NCBI GenBank assembly: GCA_903860135.1
Contig: CAIOPG010000008.1
Location: 127-64,126 of the forward strand
Source: Candidatus Omnitrophota bacterium
GTDB taxonomy: Bacteria; Omnitrophota; Gorgyraeia; Zapsychrales; Fredricksoniimonadaceae
DNA: 64,000 bases
Direction of reading: 5' to 3'
Part shown: in pieces, positions 27,282-36,917 of the stretch
How positions within the stretch are numbered: the first letter of the stretch is position 1
Layout: the number at the start of each line of letters is the position of its first letter
Translations under genes and position numbers: made by a program
Notes under the pieces: model-generated
Told to the model about the DNA's origin: nothing
Seen by the model: only the letters and a program-made list of their open reading frames with translations
Database searches by the model: none

Positions 27282-27569
27282 TTAGCGATAAACACTCTTG
27301 CGAAGGCCGATATCAATCAAGATAATATTGCGGGCCTGATCATCAATGTCATACAGAATACGCCAATCCCCGGTACGCACACGCCAGATACCCTTAAGCT
27401 GTCCCGACAACTTCTTGACACCCACAGGCCTAGGCGCGGATGATAACCCGGCAATAACAACCCTGACTCTGGCCTGAACAGTCAGCGGTAATGACTCAAA
27501 GGTCTTCAACGCCCTCCTGTCAGCCCAAACAATACTATACTTCAAAGGGAATTCCTTTTCCCGAAGCAT
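27282..27569 (-). CDS. RelE/ParE-family type II toxin (mRNA interferase)
   Basis: ~95 aa with a RelE-like core (KYSIVWADRALK...GIWRVRTGDWRILYDID...IILIDIGLRK). It overlaps the end of the upstream antitoxin. Confidence 0.65.
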   Translation of the reverse strand: MLREKEFPLKYSIVWADRRALKTFESLPLTVQARVRVVIAGLSSAPRPVGVKKLSGQLKGIWRVRTGDWRILYDIDDQARNIILIDIGLRKSVYR

Positions 27570-27795
27570 AATTGCGGCGTGCCTGCACGACACGAAGGGC
27601 AAGGAGCGCATCTTTCTCGTCGAAAGCGTCTTCCACCAAGCTCATCAACTCGTCAAAACGACCTGCCGACATCATCACCGCCTCGGCCTTGCCGTATTGG
27701 GTAATGAAACAGGTCTCTCCACTCTGCGCAATATCCTCAATGACCTCGGACATATGATCGCGTGCTTGCGTGGCGGCGATAATCTTGATGGGCAT
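27535..27795 (-). CDS. Phd/YefM-family antitoxin paired with the RelE toxin
   Basis: ~86 aa from MPIKIIAATQARDHMSEVIED..., a typical Phd N-terminus. The track ORF start at 27843 is an upstream extension. Confidence 0.65.
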   Translation of the reverse strand: MPIKIIAATQARDHMSEVIEDIAQSGETCFITQYGKAEAVMMSAGRFDELMSLVEDAFDEKDALLALRVVQARRNYASGKGIPFEV

Positions 27796-27853
27796 AATTT
27801 TGTATCCTTTTCTGTACAAATCATAACACGCGATGACGTACAAATCAAGGGGA

Positions 27854-29602
27854 TCACGCCCGACTTTGGACGATCCTCAGGAGTTCACGGGCGGCTTCTT
27901 CGGGGCCTTTGCGTTCCCATCCGGCAAGCCCCAGGCGGGTGCGCATCTGGCCGACGAACACATCCCGGCGGAAGAATTCACTGAAATATTTCTTCGCCAG
28001 CGGCTCATGCATATCTTTATACTGCGCCGGCCCGAAAACATTAGCGAAATAGGAATGCACCAGCCCGGTCGTGGTCGTGGTCCCCTTGCTCATCGCTGTC
28101 CCCTCGCGGAACACCGCCATGGCTTTTTCAGGGTCCGGAAAACGCTCAAGGATCGGATGGTCATCGTCAATGGCGTCATAATTGTTCACATAAAGGATAA
28201 AATCGATCTTTTGCCCCTTGATGATCTGGTCAAAGGTCGTTACCGGGATAATGATACGGGCATTGACCTGGTTGGCGTTCATGATGATGGCGCGGTCGAT
28301 CTGACCGAGCGCGTAGCCCGGCTGAAGGTCGTCAAGCCTCAGGAAAGCACCGATCTCGGTGCCATAGCCCAGCACCTGGCCGGAAGGTGCTATCTGGATC
28401 GATCCCATGTCATCGGCGATCACGATAAGGTCCTGGATCTCCTCCTCGCCGATAGAACGGAAGGCTTCGAGCGTTTCCGACTTGCCTGCCCCGGTATCGC
28501 CGATAAAAAGGATCGTCCGGTCAAGGTCGCCCTTGAGGATAAGCCGCACCAGCGCCCCGTGGAACGGCAGGACACCGCGTTTCATCATGATCACATTGTG
28601 GAGCGTCAACACCATTTTCTTGAGATAACCAAAATACCCGAATTCCGGCAACAGCGGCACCGCCCCAACGAGCATCCCCGCCTGCGTGTCATCAAAAAAT
28701 ATCTGGCTCGAAGAAAATCGGGCCAACGACTCAGGAGGGACGCCATAAGCAAACACCGCGTCGGGCGTACGGCCAAGGTCATCATCGTCAGCCATTTCAA
28801 ACAGATTGCACAGGGCATGCCCGAGTTCCGCAAAATCATGATGGAAATAAATGAAGATCACCAACGCCCCGACCTTGGCAGGATAACACAGCCATTCGCG
28901 CGCGTTAAACTCGATGCCTTTCAACGGGTTATCATTCACCCGCTCGAACCGTCCGGTGCGTTTGTTCATCGGCGGGGTCAGGATCAAGGGCGGATAGATC
29001 AGTATCTGGCGCATCATGGGCACGCGGTTCAACGGTGTGTATTCCGCGCTCAGGAAAGGCACCGCCCGGGTCACCGCGATCGTCGACACTTCGGCACCGG
29101 CCGCGACCTGGCGGTAAATGCGCGGATGCTGGCCGGTCACATTCTCCTGGATATCACGGTAAATGCCGCGCACCAAATTTGTCAGCTGGCCGACGGTCGC
29201 ATTGAACGTGCGGTAAGGCCGCTTGTCCCAGTCGCGCCCCTTGGAATCGGAAATGATGAACCGGTCAAAACTGCGCCAGTAATTATAAAGGTATTCGATC
29301 AGATCATTGAACCGCGAGGCATCGCGCAATAAAACCGCCGCCGCCGGTACCACGTTGGGCACTAGGTTGGCCGGCATTTTGACCAGGAACTTGAAGGTCG
29401 CGATCAGGTCGTCAATATCATCTTTGGTAATATCCTTCTTCCCAAAAACATCAAGCAGGATCGAGCGGCGCTTGACGAGCTTCTGCAAAGCCGTGGTAAC
29501 GATCCCGGTAAAAAGTTCACTCGACAGGACCTCTTCTTCCGTCTCGCAAATGCGGTCGTGGATGTGAAGGATGATCTTGTTGCCCCGGATGTCGTATTCC
29601 AT
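27854..29602 (-). CDS. 582-aa protein with an HPr-kinase/phosphorylase-like P-loop domain in its C-terminal half; function unknown
   Basis: GDTGAGKSETLEAF...VIADD closely matches the HprK/P catalytic-domain P-loop (GxSGxGKSE...ADD). A long N-terminal region is unlike HprK. Confidence 0.45.
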   Translation of the reverse strand: MEYDIRGNKIILHIHDRICETEEEVLSSELFTGIVTTALQKLVKRRSILLDVFGKKDITKDDIDDLIATFKFLVKMPANLVPNVVPAAAVLLRDASRFNDLIEYLYNYWRSFDRFIISDSKGRDWDKRPYRTFNATVGQLTNLVRGIYRDIQENVTGQHPRIYRQVAAGAEVSTIAVTRAVPFLSAEYTPLNRVPMMRQILIYPPLILTPPMNKRTGRFERVNDNPLKGIEFNAREWLCYPAKVGALVIFIYFHHDFAELGHALCNLFEMADDDDLGRTPDAVFAYGVPPESLARFSSSQIFFDDTQAGMLVGAVPLLPEFGYFGYLKKMVLTLHNVIMMKRGVLPFHGALVRLILKGDLDRTILFIGDTGAGKSETLEAFRSIGEEEIQDLIVIADDMGSIQIAPSGQVLGYGTEIGAFLRLDDLQPGYALGQIDRAIIMNANQVNARIIIPVTTFDQIIKGQKIDFILYVNNYDAIDDDHPILERFPDPEKAMAVFREGTAMSKGTTTTTGLVHSYFANVFGPAQYKDMHEPLAKKYFSEFFRRDVFVGQMRTRLGLAGWERKGPEEAARELLRIVQSRA

Positions 29603-29820
29603 AAACCCCTGCCTGTTAATAAGAATATATAAGAATGAAAAAGTATATTAGCAATAAAAAATTATCACGCAAGGGAATTAACGCACAGAGAAACCTCAGC
29701 CCAACATCTCGCCGGCAGGACACGCCTGACGAGCACAGCCCCGTCAGCGACCTGGACAAGGGCAGTGGCCGCGGCGGCATGATCCCCCGCTCGGGGCGCA
29801 CGAACGAAATAATCAAATGA

Positions 29821-30489
<669 letters not shown>

Positions 30490-30614
30490 CGCAGACCTTT
30501 CATTAAAAAATTGATGTGAATTTTAAGCTATTCTTTAGTAACCGCCATCACGCGGGCCAGTAATTCATAACTGAGCTTGTAAATGGGTAAACGCTGATAC
30601 CGCGCCATGGGTTA

Positions 30615-30654
30615 CTTTCTTTTCAAAAACCGTGCGCCCCGCACGAGGCGCACG
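30615..30654 (-). terminator. Intrinsic terminator after DUF1566 paralogue 2 (part of the ~890-bp tandem repeat unit)
   Basis: On the minus strand: 8-bp stem CGUGCGCC/GGCGCACG with an 8-nt loop, followed by GUUUUUGAAAAG. Confidence 0.45.
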
Positions 30655-30680
30655 AACGAAATAATCAAATAACCAAATGA

Positions 30681-31367
30681 TCAATAACTCCGGACACAAC
30701 GCACGAGGTGGATGTCGCTCTTGTTCATGAGGCTGCCGCTCTGGTCGCCATTGGTGAAGTCCTGGATCCAGGCGGCCATTTCCGCCAGAGAGTAGTAGTC
30801 AGTGGCCGACCAGTAGAAGGACGACGCACAACCCAATGCAGTTCTGTTGTCGAATAAAAAAGCCAGTATAGATTTTCCTGGCAAAACCCAGTCTGTATAT
30901 CCCCCCTCAACTAAATTGTTACAATAAGACACTGCGGCAGACCAGTTTGCATTTGGTGCATCGCCATCGCTCGGCGTTGTCATCCAGCCCGGATAACCGA
31001 CATATACCGCCGTCGTGCCCGTACACGCCTGACCGGCTGTCTTGCCGGCGCAGGGATTATTAGTGCTACTCCCACCACCTATGGCGACAAACCCGTAAGT
31101 AATAACCGGGCTTGTCGCTGTTTTAACACAAGCCTTCATGCCGTTGGTTATGGAATTATCGTACCATAATGCTCCCACGCTACTGGCATCACACGTGAAA
31201 GCGGTTGACCCAACCGTTAGTTTCCGCGACACCCTCATATTCAGATAATCCCCCACCGGCGCAGGATAATACGCCGTGAGCCTCAGGCTTTCAGCAAAAA
31301 GTAGACCGGGAAAAACTAAGAGAAGAGATAGAGAGAGAGAGAAGGAAAATTGTCGACATGGTTTCAT
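30681..31367 (-). CDS. DUF1566 (Lcl C-terminal-like) secreted protein, paralogue 2
   Basis: 228 aa and ~85% identical to paralogue 1. The signal peptide has a shorter SL repeat (FSFSLSLSLLLVFPG), encoded by an interrupted (GA)n tract at 31321-31344. Confidence 0.65.
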   Translation of the reverse strand: MKPCRQFSFSLSLSLLLVFPGLLFAESLRLTAYYPAPVGDYLNMRVSRKLTVGSTAFTCDASSVGALWYDNSITNGMKACVKTATSPVITYGFVAIGGGSSTNNPCAGKTAGQACTGTTAVYVGYPGWMTTPSDGDAPNANWSAAVSYCNNLVEGGYTDWVLPGKSILAFLFDNRTALGCASSFYWSATDYYSLAEMAAWIQDFTNGDQSGSLMNKSDIHLVRCVRSY

Positions 31368-31503
31368 CGCAGACCTTTCATTAAAAAATTGATGTGAATT
31401 TTAAGCTATTCTTTAGTAACCGCCATCACGCGGGCCAGTAATTCATAACTGAGCTTGTAAATGGGTAAATGCTGATACCGCGCCATGGGTTACTTTCTTT
31501 TCA

Positions 31504-31542
31504 AAAACCGTGCGCTCCGCACGGGGCGCACGAACGAAATAA
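31504..31542 (-). terminator. Intrinsic terminator after DUF1566 paralogue 3 (repeat-unit copy)
   Basis: Near-identical copy of the 30615-30654 hairpin with one stem mismatch, followed by a U-tract. Confidence 0.4.
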
Positions 31543-31558
31543 TCAAATAACCAAATGA

Positions 31559-32216
31559 TCAATAACTCCGGACACAACGCACGAAGAGGACCGAGCTCTT
31601 GTCTCTGGTAAAGCAGCTGTTGTCGAAGTTGAAATCCACGGCCCAGGCATGGTTGGGATAGGACTCAGAGGCCGACCAGTAGGAGGACGGCCTACAACCC
31701 AAAGCAGTGTTGTTGTCGAACAAAAAAAACAGGATAGATTTTCCTGGCAAAACCCAGTCTGTATATCCCCCGTAATCTAAATTGTTACAATAAAAAACTG
31801 CGGTAGACCAGTCTTCATCTTGTGCATCGCTCGGCGTTGTCATCCAGCCCGGATAACCGACATATACCGCCGTCGTACCATCACACGCCTGACCTGCCGT
31901 CTTACCCGCGCAAGGATTAGTGCTACTCCCTCCTACGGACACCCACCCATAGGTTGTTGGGCTCAAGGCTGTCTTGACACAGGCTTTCGTGCCGTTGGTT
32001 ATGGAATTGTCGTACCATAGTGCTCCCACGCTACTGGCATCACACGTGAAAGCGGTTGACCCAACCGTTAGTTTCCGCGACACCCTCATATCCAGATAAT
32101 CCCCCGCCGGCGAAGGATAATAGGTCGTGAGTGTGAGGCTTTCAGCAAAAAGCAGGCCGGGAAAAACTAAGAGAAGAGAGAGAGAGAGAGAGAGAAAATT
32201 GTCGACATGGTTTCAT
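31559..32216 (-). pseudogene. DUF1566 paralogue 3, frame-shifted in or next to the (GA)n tract (ATG at 32216 is out of frame with the body)
   Basis: The conserved start ATGAAACCATGTCGACAATTTTCT at 32216 is followed by the (GA)n tract at 32171-32195. The sequence after the tract reads GAGAAAATT, versus GAGAAGGAAAATT in copies 1 and 2 (4 nt fewer). The track only finds an ORF restarting at MRVSRKLTV. Confidence 0.5.
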
Positions 32217-32399
32217 CGCTGGCCTTTCTTTCAAAATTTAAACCGGATTGGATTGTGCAATGGCCGTTTTTCATCAACGCAACCGTTTGCACAAAAACAT
32301 GCACTATTATTCCAACTGACCTTCCACAATTTTACCGTCTAAGAGAGACCCGGGTTCAACCCGCATTACCTCTGTCTATTGAAAAATGCGAGTTAACCT

Positions 32400-32423
32400 G
32401 AACTTATGAACTTATGAACTTAA
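32400..32423. repeat. Tandem 8-mer repeat GAACTTAT x3 in the divergent intergenic region between DUF1566 paralogue 3 and brnT
   Basis: gaacttatgaacttatgaactta read directly from the sequence. Confidence 0.8.
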
Positions 32424-32596
32424 AATAGCATATTCTTCAAGACGCATCCACTCTTTTGTCGCATTAACAGGCCCGGCGCCACAGAAAATAATAGTGCGTC
32501 CCGATTACTACGATTACCGATTATTTCCTTGAAGCCATACTGAAAAGTTTTCGATTGTTGACAAAAGGCAGACAACAGGATATATTTGGCATAGAT

Positions 32597-32881
32597 ATGT
32601 TTGATTGGGATGAAATTAAAAATGAACACCTCAAGCGTGAGCGCGACATTTCTTTTGAAGAAGTCGTTTTCTGGATCGAGAACGACGGACTTCTAAAGGT
32701 CGAAGACCATCCTAATCAACAGAAGTATCCGGGACAAAGGATTTATATTGTTTGTATAGAAACGTATGTTTATTTAGTGCCTTTTGTAGAACAAAATGGA
32801 ATAGTATTCTTAAAAACCATTATCCCGAGCCGTAAAGCAACCAAAGAACTTTTAAAAAGAGTGCCGCATGAGCCCAATTAA
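32597..32881 (+). CDS. brnT: BrnT-family (DUF497) type II toxin
   Basis: The N-terminus MFDWDEIKNEHLKRERDISFEEVVFWIEND matches the BrnT/DUF497 consensus (FEWDE.K...N..KHG..F.E). The internal ATG at 32597 is preferred over the track start. Confidence 0.65.
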   Translation: MFDWDEIKNEHLKRERDISFEEVVFWIENDGLLKVEDHPNQQKYPGQRIYIVCIETYVYLVPFVEQNGIVFLKTIIPSRKATKELLKRVPHEPN

Positions 32882-33143
32882 GCTTACTCAAGAAGAAGAT
32901 CAAATGCTGCGTTCATACGAACGGGGCGAGTGGCGGCCTGTCAAGAATATGCCATCGGAAATCGATCGTTTTCAACAAATGGCTAAACAGGCATTACGGA
33001 AAGGCCGCCGGATAAATATTCGGCTTTCTGAACGGGATGTTTACAAATTACAAATTTCTGCGTTGCGTGAAGGCGTTCCCTATCAAACTTTAATTTCAAG
33101 CGTCCTGCATAAATATATTTCCGGTCATTTAGTAACACAATAA
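32868..33143 (+). CDS. brnA: BrnA-family antitoxin (RHH/CopG-like C-terminus)
   Basis: 91 aa. C-terminal RINIRLSERDVYKLQISALREGVPYQTLISSVLHKYISG matches the BrnA antitoxin family. Overlaps brnT by 14 nt. Confidence 0.65.
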   Translation: MSPIKLTQEEDQMLRSYERGEWRPVKNMPSEIDRFQQMAKQALRKGRRINIRLSERDVYKLQISALREGVPYQTLISSVLHKYISGHLVTQ

Positions 33144-33184
33144 ACACATCTACGCCGCCCCTGCCGTGAACTTCCGTTTAAGGA

Positions 33185-34114
33185 TCACCCCAGCATCTCG
33201 CCGACGGCGAGTTTGTGGCCGGCGAGGAAGGCGCGGGCGTCCATGGCGTGCGAAGAGGCGGGATGCACACGCCGAACCAGGACGGCCCGGTCAGCGGCCT
33301 GGACATAAAAACCGTCCTTGTGAAGCTCGACGATCTCCCCCGGCTTGCCCTCAACAAGGGCGGTGGCCGCGGCGGCATCGAGGACCTTCAAGCGGTTCCC
33401 GCGCCAGAACGTGAACGCCCCGGGCCAGGGCTGAAGGCCGCGGACGAGGTCATGGATCTCCCTGGCCGGACGATCCCAGCGGATGTGCCCCAGGTCCTTG
33501 TGCATCTTGGGGGCGTAACTCGCACGCTCATGATCCTGGGGCGTCAGCATCTGTTTCCCGGCGGCGATCTGCGCCAGCGTCTCCACTAAAAGTGTTGTGC
33601 CCAACCCTGCCAATTGCCATCGCAGGGCGGCTGATGTCATATCATCGGGGATCGGGCACACACAACGGGTCATGACCGCCCCGGTATCCATGCCCGCGTC
33701 CATCTGCATGATGGTCACACCGGTCTCGACCTCGCCATGCAATATGGCCCAATTGATAGGCGCGGCACCGCGATATTTGGGTAAGAGCGACGCATGCAGA
33801 TTGATACAGCCTTTGGCCGGCAGGTCCAGAACAGCCTGCGGCAGGAATTTGCCATAGGCGATCACCACGAACAGGTCCGCATGGAACCAGGCCAGGCGAT
33901 CGACCAGTACGGGATTCTTCAACGAATCCGGCTGGAACACGGGAATGCCCTGCGCCAGCGCGATCTGCTTGGTCGGTGAATACGTCACGTGCATCCCGCG
34001 CCCGTGCGGTCTGTCCGGCTGGGTCACCACACCGACAATGCGGTGCCCCTCGTCGATCAGGTGCTCGAGGTTGACTGCCGCAAAATCATCACAACCAAAA
34101 AACACTATCCGCAT
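33185..34114 (-). CDS. fmt: Methionyl-tRNA formyltransferase
   Basis: 309 aa with typical Fmt motifs (MRIVFFG...HASLLPKYRGAAPINWAI) and a C-terminal Fmt domain. Confidence 0.9.
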   Translation of the reverse strand: MRIVFFGCDDFAAVNLEHLIDEGHRIVGVVTQPDRPHGRGMHVTYSPTKQIALAQGIPVFQPDSLKNPVLVDRLAWFHADLFVVIAYGKFLPQAVLDLPAKGCINLHASLLPKYRGAAPINWAILHGEVETGVTIMQMDAGMDTGAVMTRCVCPIPDDMTSAALRWQLAGLGTTLLVETLAQIAAGKQMLTPQDHERASYAPKMHKDLGHIRWDRPAREIHDLVRGLQPWPGAFTFWRGNRLKVLDAAAATALVEGKPGEIVELHKDGFYVQAADRAVLVRRVHPASSHAMDARAFLAGHKLAVGEMLG

Positions 34115-34119
34115 AAATA

Positions 34120-35781
34120 TCAGTCCATGCTCACGGTCACAACCGTATCTTTTTTGGGCCTGAAAAGCCGCAGGGCCTGCCTTGCCGCCGCAACAACCGC
34201 CGCACGAGCATCCCCTTGAACCAAGAAGCAGTAACGGAATTTCCCCCGCACCAGTGCCGCGCGATCTTGTTCCGGGTCGATCGCGGTCACGCCTTCGGGC
34301 AAAATATTGATCACGCTATCATACAATCTTTTGGCTTCCGCGCAAGCGAGAGCCGGATCTTCCGAACGGACAATGACAGAAGCCTGGGCTTGGAAAGGCG
34401 GTACGCCCATCTCCTGCCTCAGGGTAAGTTCCCGCCGATAGAAATCCGCACCGTCAGCCGACGCCAGTGTGTGCAGGAAAGGATCGGCAACATTGCGGGT
34501 CTGCAGGAGAAGGTACGCCTGCACCATCTGGCGCAAATGCTGGACAAGGGCAAAAGCACTGTGCGCGGCCTGGATATCGTGCTTGTGGAATTCCCAGTCA
34601 ATGTCTAAAACAGCAGCGGCAGCCACTTTCAGGGCCGCACGATGGCGAAAAACAGACTGTGTCGCCACAAGGATATCGAAATCTTCGGGCATAGCCGTCG
34701 ACGTACGGTCATAGCCCGCCACCCGCGCCCCGGGAAATATTTTCTTAACCTCCGCGCATACACCGCCTACGCCGCGGGCGGCCTGAATATACAAGAGAAA
34801 CTGGCGTTTTTCTTTCAACGCTGTTTCCAGGTGATGCCGCAGGCCCAGCGAAATGAACGTGTCTTTCCTCATCTTGAAATTCGTCAGGTCAAGGAATTTG
34901 ACCGGCGGCAGAAGTTCTTCGAGCAGGGTCAGCCGCACGGTTTTCTTCTCGACCCTGTGCCACAGCTCTACCGACGGGGCACTCGAGACGCAAACCACAT
35001 CACACCCCTCGGCCGCCGCACGCTCAAAAGCCGCTTCGCGCGCATGGAAAAAAGGTGTCTGTTCATGCCGGTAAAAAGCATTTTCCTCATCGAGCACCAC
35101 GATCAGCCCGAGATTGCGCACCGGCGCGAACACGGCGGCGATGAAGCCGGCCGCCAGGCGCACTTTCCCCGAACGGACACTGAGCCAGCGCCCATACTCC
35201 TCTTTTGGGGTGCTACCCGCCAGAAGCACCCGTTCCTCTGCGGGCAAAAGCGGCCCCAGTTTGGGCAGGACATCGTGGCAACGGGCGGCATCGGGCATCA
35301 TGACGATCACCCCGCGCCCCTCGGCGAGGACTGCCGTGATGCGCGGCAGAAGGATCTCCCACCGCTGGGTTTGGCCCCGGTCAAAGACCAGCTCCGCCGT
35401 ACCGGCCTCTTCCGGCCAATGATGGTCCATTGCCGCGCAGGCAAACGCCTTGGCGCCACGCAAATACGCCGGCAGGCACATCTCGAGCGCCTCGCCGGTC
35501 GAACAGGCAAAACGGGCGGCAAAACGCTCCGCAAATTTCAGGAACGCCGGCGCAAAGACAGGGTTTTCATCGAGGATCTTTATCAGGACGCTCAATTTGC
35601 CGTCATGCGCGGTCTGCTGCAACAGCCGCACCACGACACCGGCACGTTTCCTGCCGGCAAAGCGTACCAGGACGCGCCCGCCGGGGAATACCTTGCCGGA
35701 CAGCTCTTCGGGAATGATGTAATCAAAAGGACCGTCGACCGGCAAGCCGAAAACAACCTGCGCGACGCGGGGGGCTGTCAT
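34120..35781 (-). CDS. priA: PriA (primosomal protein N') homologue with degenerate helicase motifs and no zinc-finger region
   Basis: The N-terminal PriA 3'-DNA-binding region is present (VAQVVFGLPVDGPFDYIIPEEL...GRVLVRFAGRKRAGVV). The segment aligns collinearly with the E. coli PriA helicase core (IAAVFAPVRNLGLIVVLDEENAFYRHEQTPFFHAREAA). However, the Walker A position reads FDRGQTQR instead of GVTGSGKT, and the DExH box reads LDEEN. Total length is only 553 aa, and the CxxC zinc-binding domain is absent. Confidence 0.6.
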   Translation of the reverse strand: MTAPRVAQVVFGLPVDGPFDYIIPEELSGKVFPGGRVLVRFAGRKRAGVVVRLLQQTAHDGKLSVLIKILDENPVFAPAFLKFAERFAARFACSTGEALEMCLPAYLRGAKAFACAAMDHHWPEEAGTAELVFDRGQTQRWEILLPRITAVLAEGRGVIVMMPDAARCHDVLPKLGPLLPAEERVLLAGSTPKEEYGRWLSVRSGKVRLAAGFIAAVFAPVRNLGLIVVLDEENAFYRHEQTPFFHAREAAFERAAAEGCDVVCVSSAPSVELWHRVEKKTVRLTLLEELLPPVKFLDLTNFKMRKDTFISLGLRHHLETALKEKRQFLLYIQAARGVGGVCAEVKKIFPGARVAGYDRTSTAMPEDFDILVATQSVFRHRAALKVAAAAVLDIDWEFHKHDIQAAHSAFALVQHLRQMVQAYLLLQTRNVADPFLHTLASADGADFYRRELTLRQEMGVPPFQAQASVIVRSEDPALACAEAKRLYDSVINILPEGVTAIDPEQDRAALVRGKFRYCFLVQGDARAAVVAAARQALRLFRPKKDTVVTVSMD

Positions 35782-36917
35782 ACAAGCCGGGCGATAACAT
35801 CGCGGACAGAATCGGGTTTCGCGAGTTTCTTTGTTTTCTCACGCGCATCCGCCAGCGCTGCCGGAGACGCCGCCATGCCCAGGACTTCGGAAGCAATATC
35901 CCGTAACGGCAAACCGCTGAGGCCGATGCCGTTGGCGGCAAGGACGCGCACATTCCCGGCTTCCTGCCCCGGGATCGCGCTGAAAAAGACCATCGGAAGA
36001 TTGTTGGCCAGTGCCTCGGTTACCGACAAACCGCCGGGTTTGGTTACCATGACATCGGCCGCGGCCATCATTTCTTCCATATTGTCAACGAATCCGCAGA
36101 CCTTGTGCCGGGGATTGGCTTGCACGTCAAGGCAATGGCGCAACCGCTGATTGTTACCGCAAATGATGATGAGCTGGATATCTTTAAAATACCCGGCCAG
36201 TTCCTCGATCGGCCCGAACCCGAAAGAACTCGTCGAGATCAATACCGTAAAGGCCTCCGCGTCAAGCCCAAGCCAGCGACGGACATCCTGCTTGTGGCGG
36301 GGCCGTGTGAATTTCTCATCGAGCGGGATCCCGGTCACAAATATCTGCGCGGCATCCACCCCCAATGCCAGCAGTCGCCCCCTAGTATATTCACTGGCCA
36401 CGCAATACTCATCCACACCTGGGATCAGCCATATCTTGTGCACATCAAAATCCGTGACAACCACCACGACCTTGGCAGTGATCGCCCCCGTGCGGCGCAG
36501 GTAGCCGCACACCTCGGCGGCCAGAAAATGCGTGACCACAATGCGCTCGAATTTCCCGGTCTTGATATATTCAACCAACGGTCCTGTATTGACCCCGTTA
36601 TACACACGGCGCACCATGCGGAATACCGGCAAGAACCAGGTCTGGTCGGTCAACGCAAAAAAGAAAGCCCAGATGACAGGAAGTTTCCCGACGGCAAACT
36701 CATAACCGCGGGTATAGGCTAGACGGAAGAAGAAATTAGTATGGTCAAGGGCATCAACAAGAACCGATGCCAAACCCCGGGCTTCCAGACCGTGCTGAAG
36801 GGCTTCAGCGGCCTTGCGATGACCGGCGCCCGCGCTGGCGTGAATGACCAGTATCCCGGGCAATGATGAGTTCTGCGGCTTCATAAAGATCCTCCACAAT
36901 AAAGTCAGGCTTGACAT
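35778..36917 (-). CDS. GT28-family glycosyltransferase (MGDG synthase / MurG-like fold; glycolipid synthase candidate)
   Basis: 379 aa. The N-terminal GILVIHASAGAGHRKAAEAL motif is typical of MGDG synthase/UgtP-like GT28 proteins. Confidence 0.55.
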   Translation of the reverse strand: MSSLTLLWRIFMKPQNSSLPGILVIHASAGAGHRKAAEALQHGLEARGLASVLVDALDHTNFFFRLAYTRGYEFAVGKLPVIWAFFFALTDQTWFLPVFRMVRRVYNGVNTGPLVEYIKTGKFERIVVTHFLAAEVCGYLRRTGAITAKVVVVVTDFDVHKIWLIPGVDEYCVASEYTRGRLLALGVDAAQIFVTGIPLDEKFTRPRHKQDVRRWLGLDAEAFTVLISTSSFGFGPIEELAGYFKDIQLIIICGNNQRLRHCLDVQANPRHKVCGFVDNMEEMMAAADVMVTKPGGLSVTEALANNLPMVFFSAIPGQEAGNVRVLAANGIGLSGLPLRDIASEVLGMAASPAALADAREKTKKLAKPDSVRDVIARLV

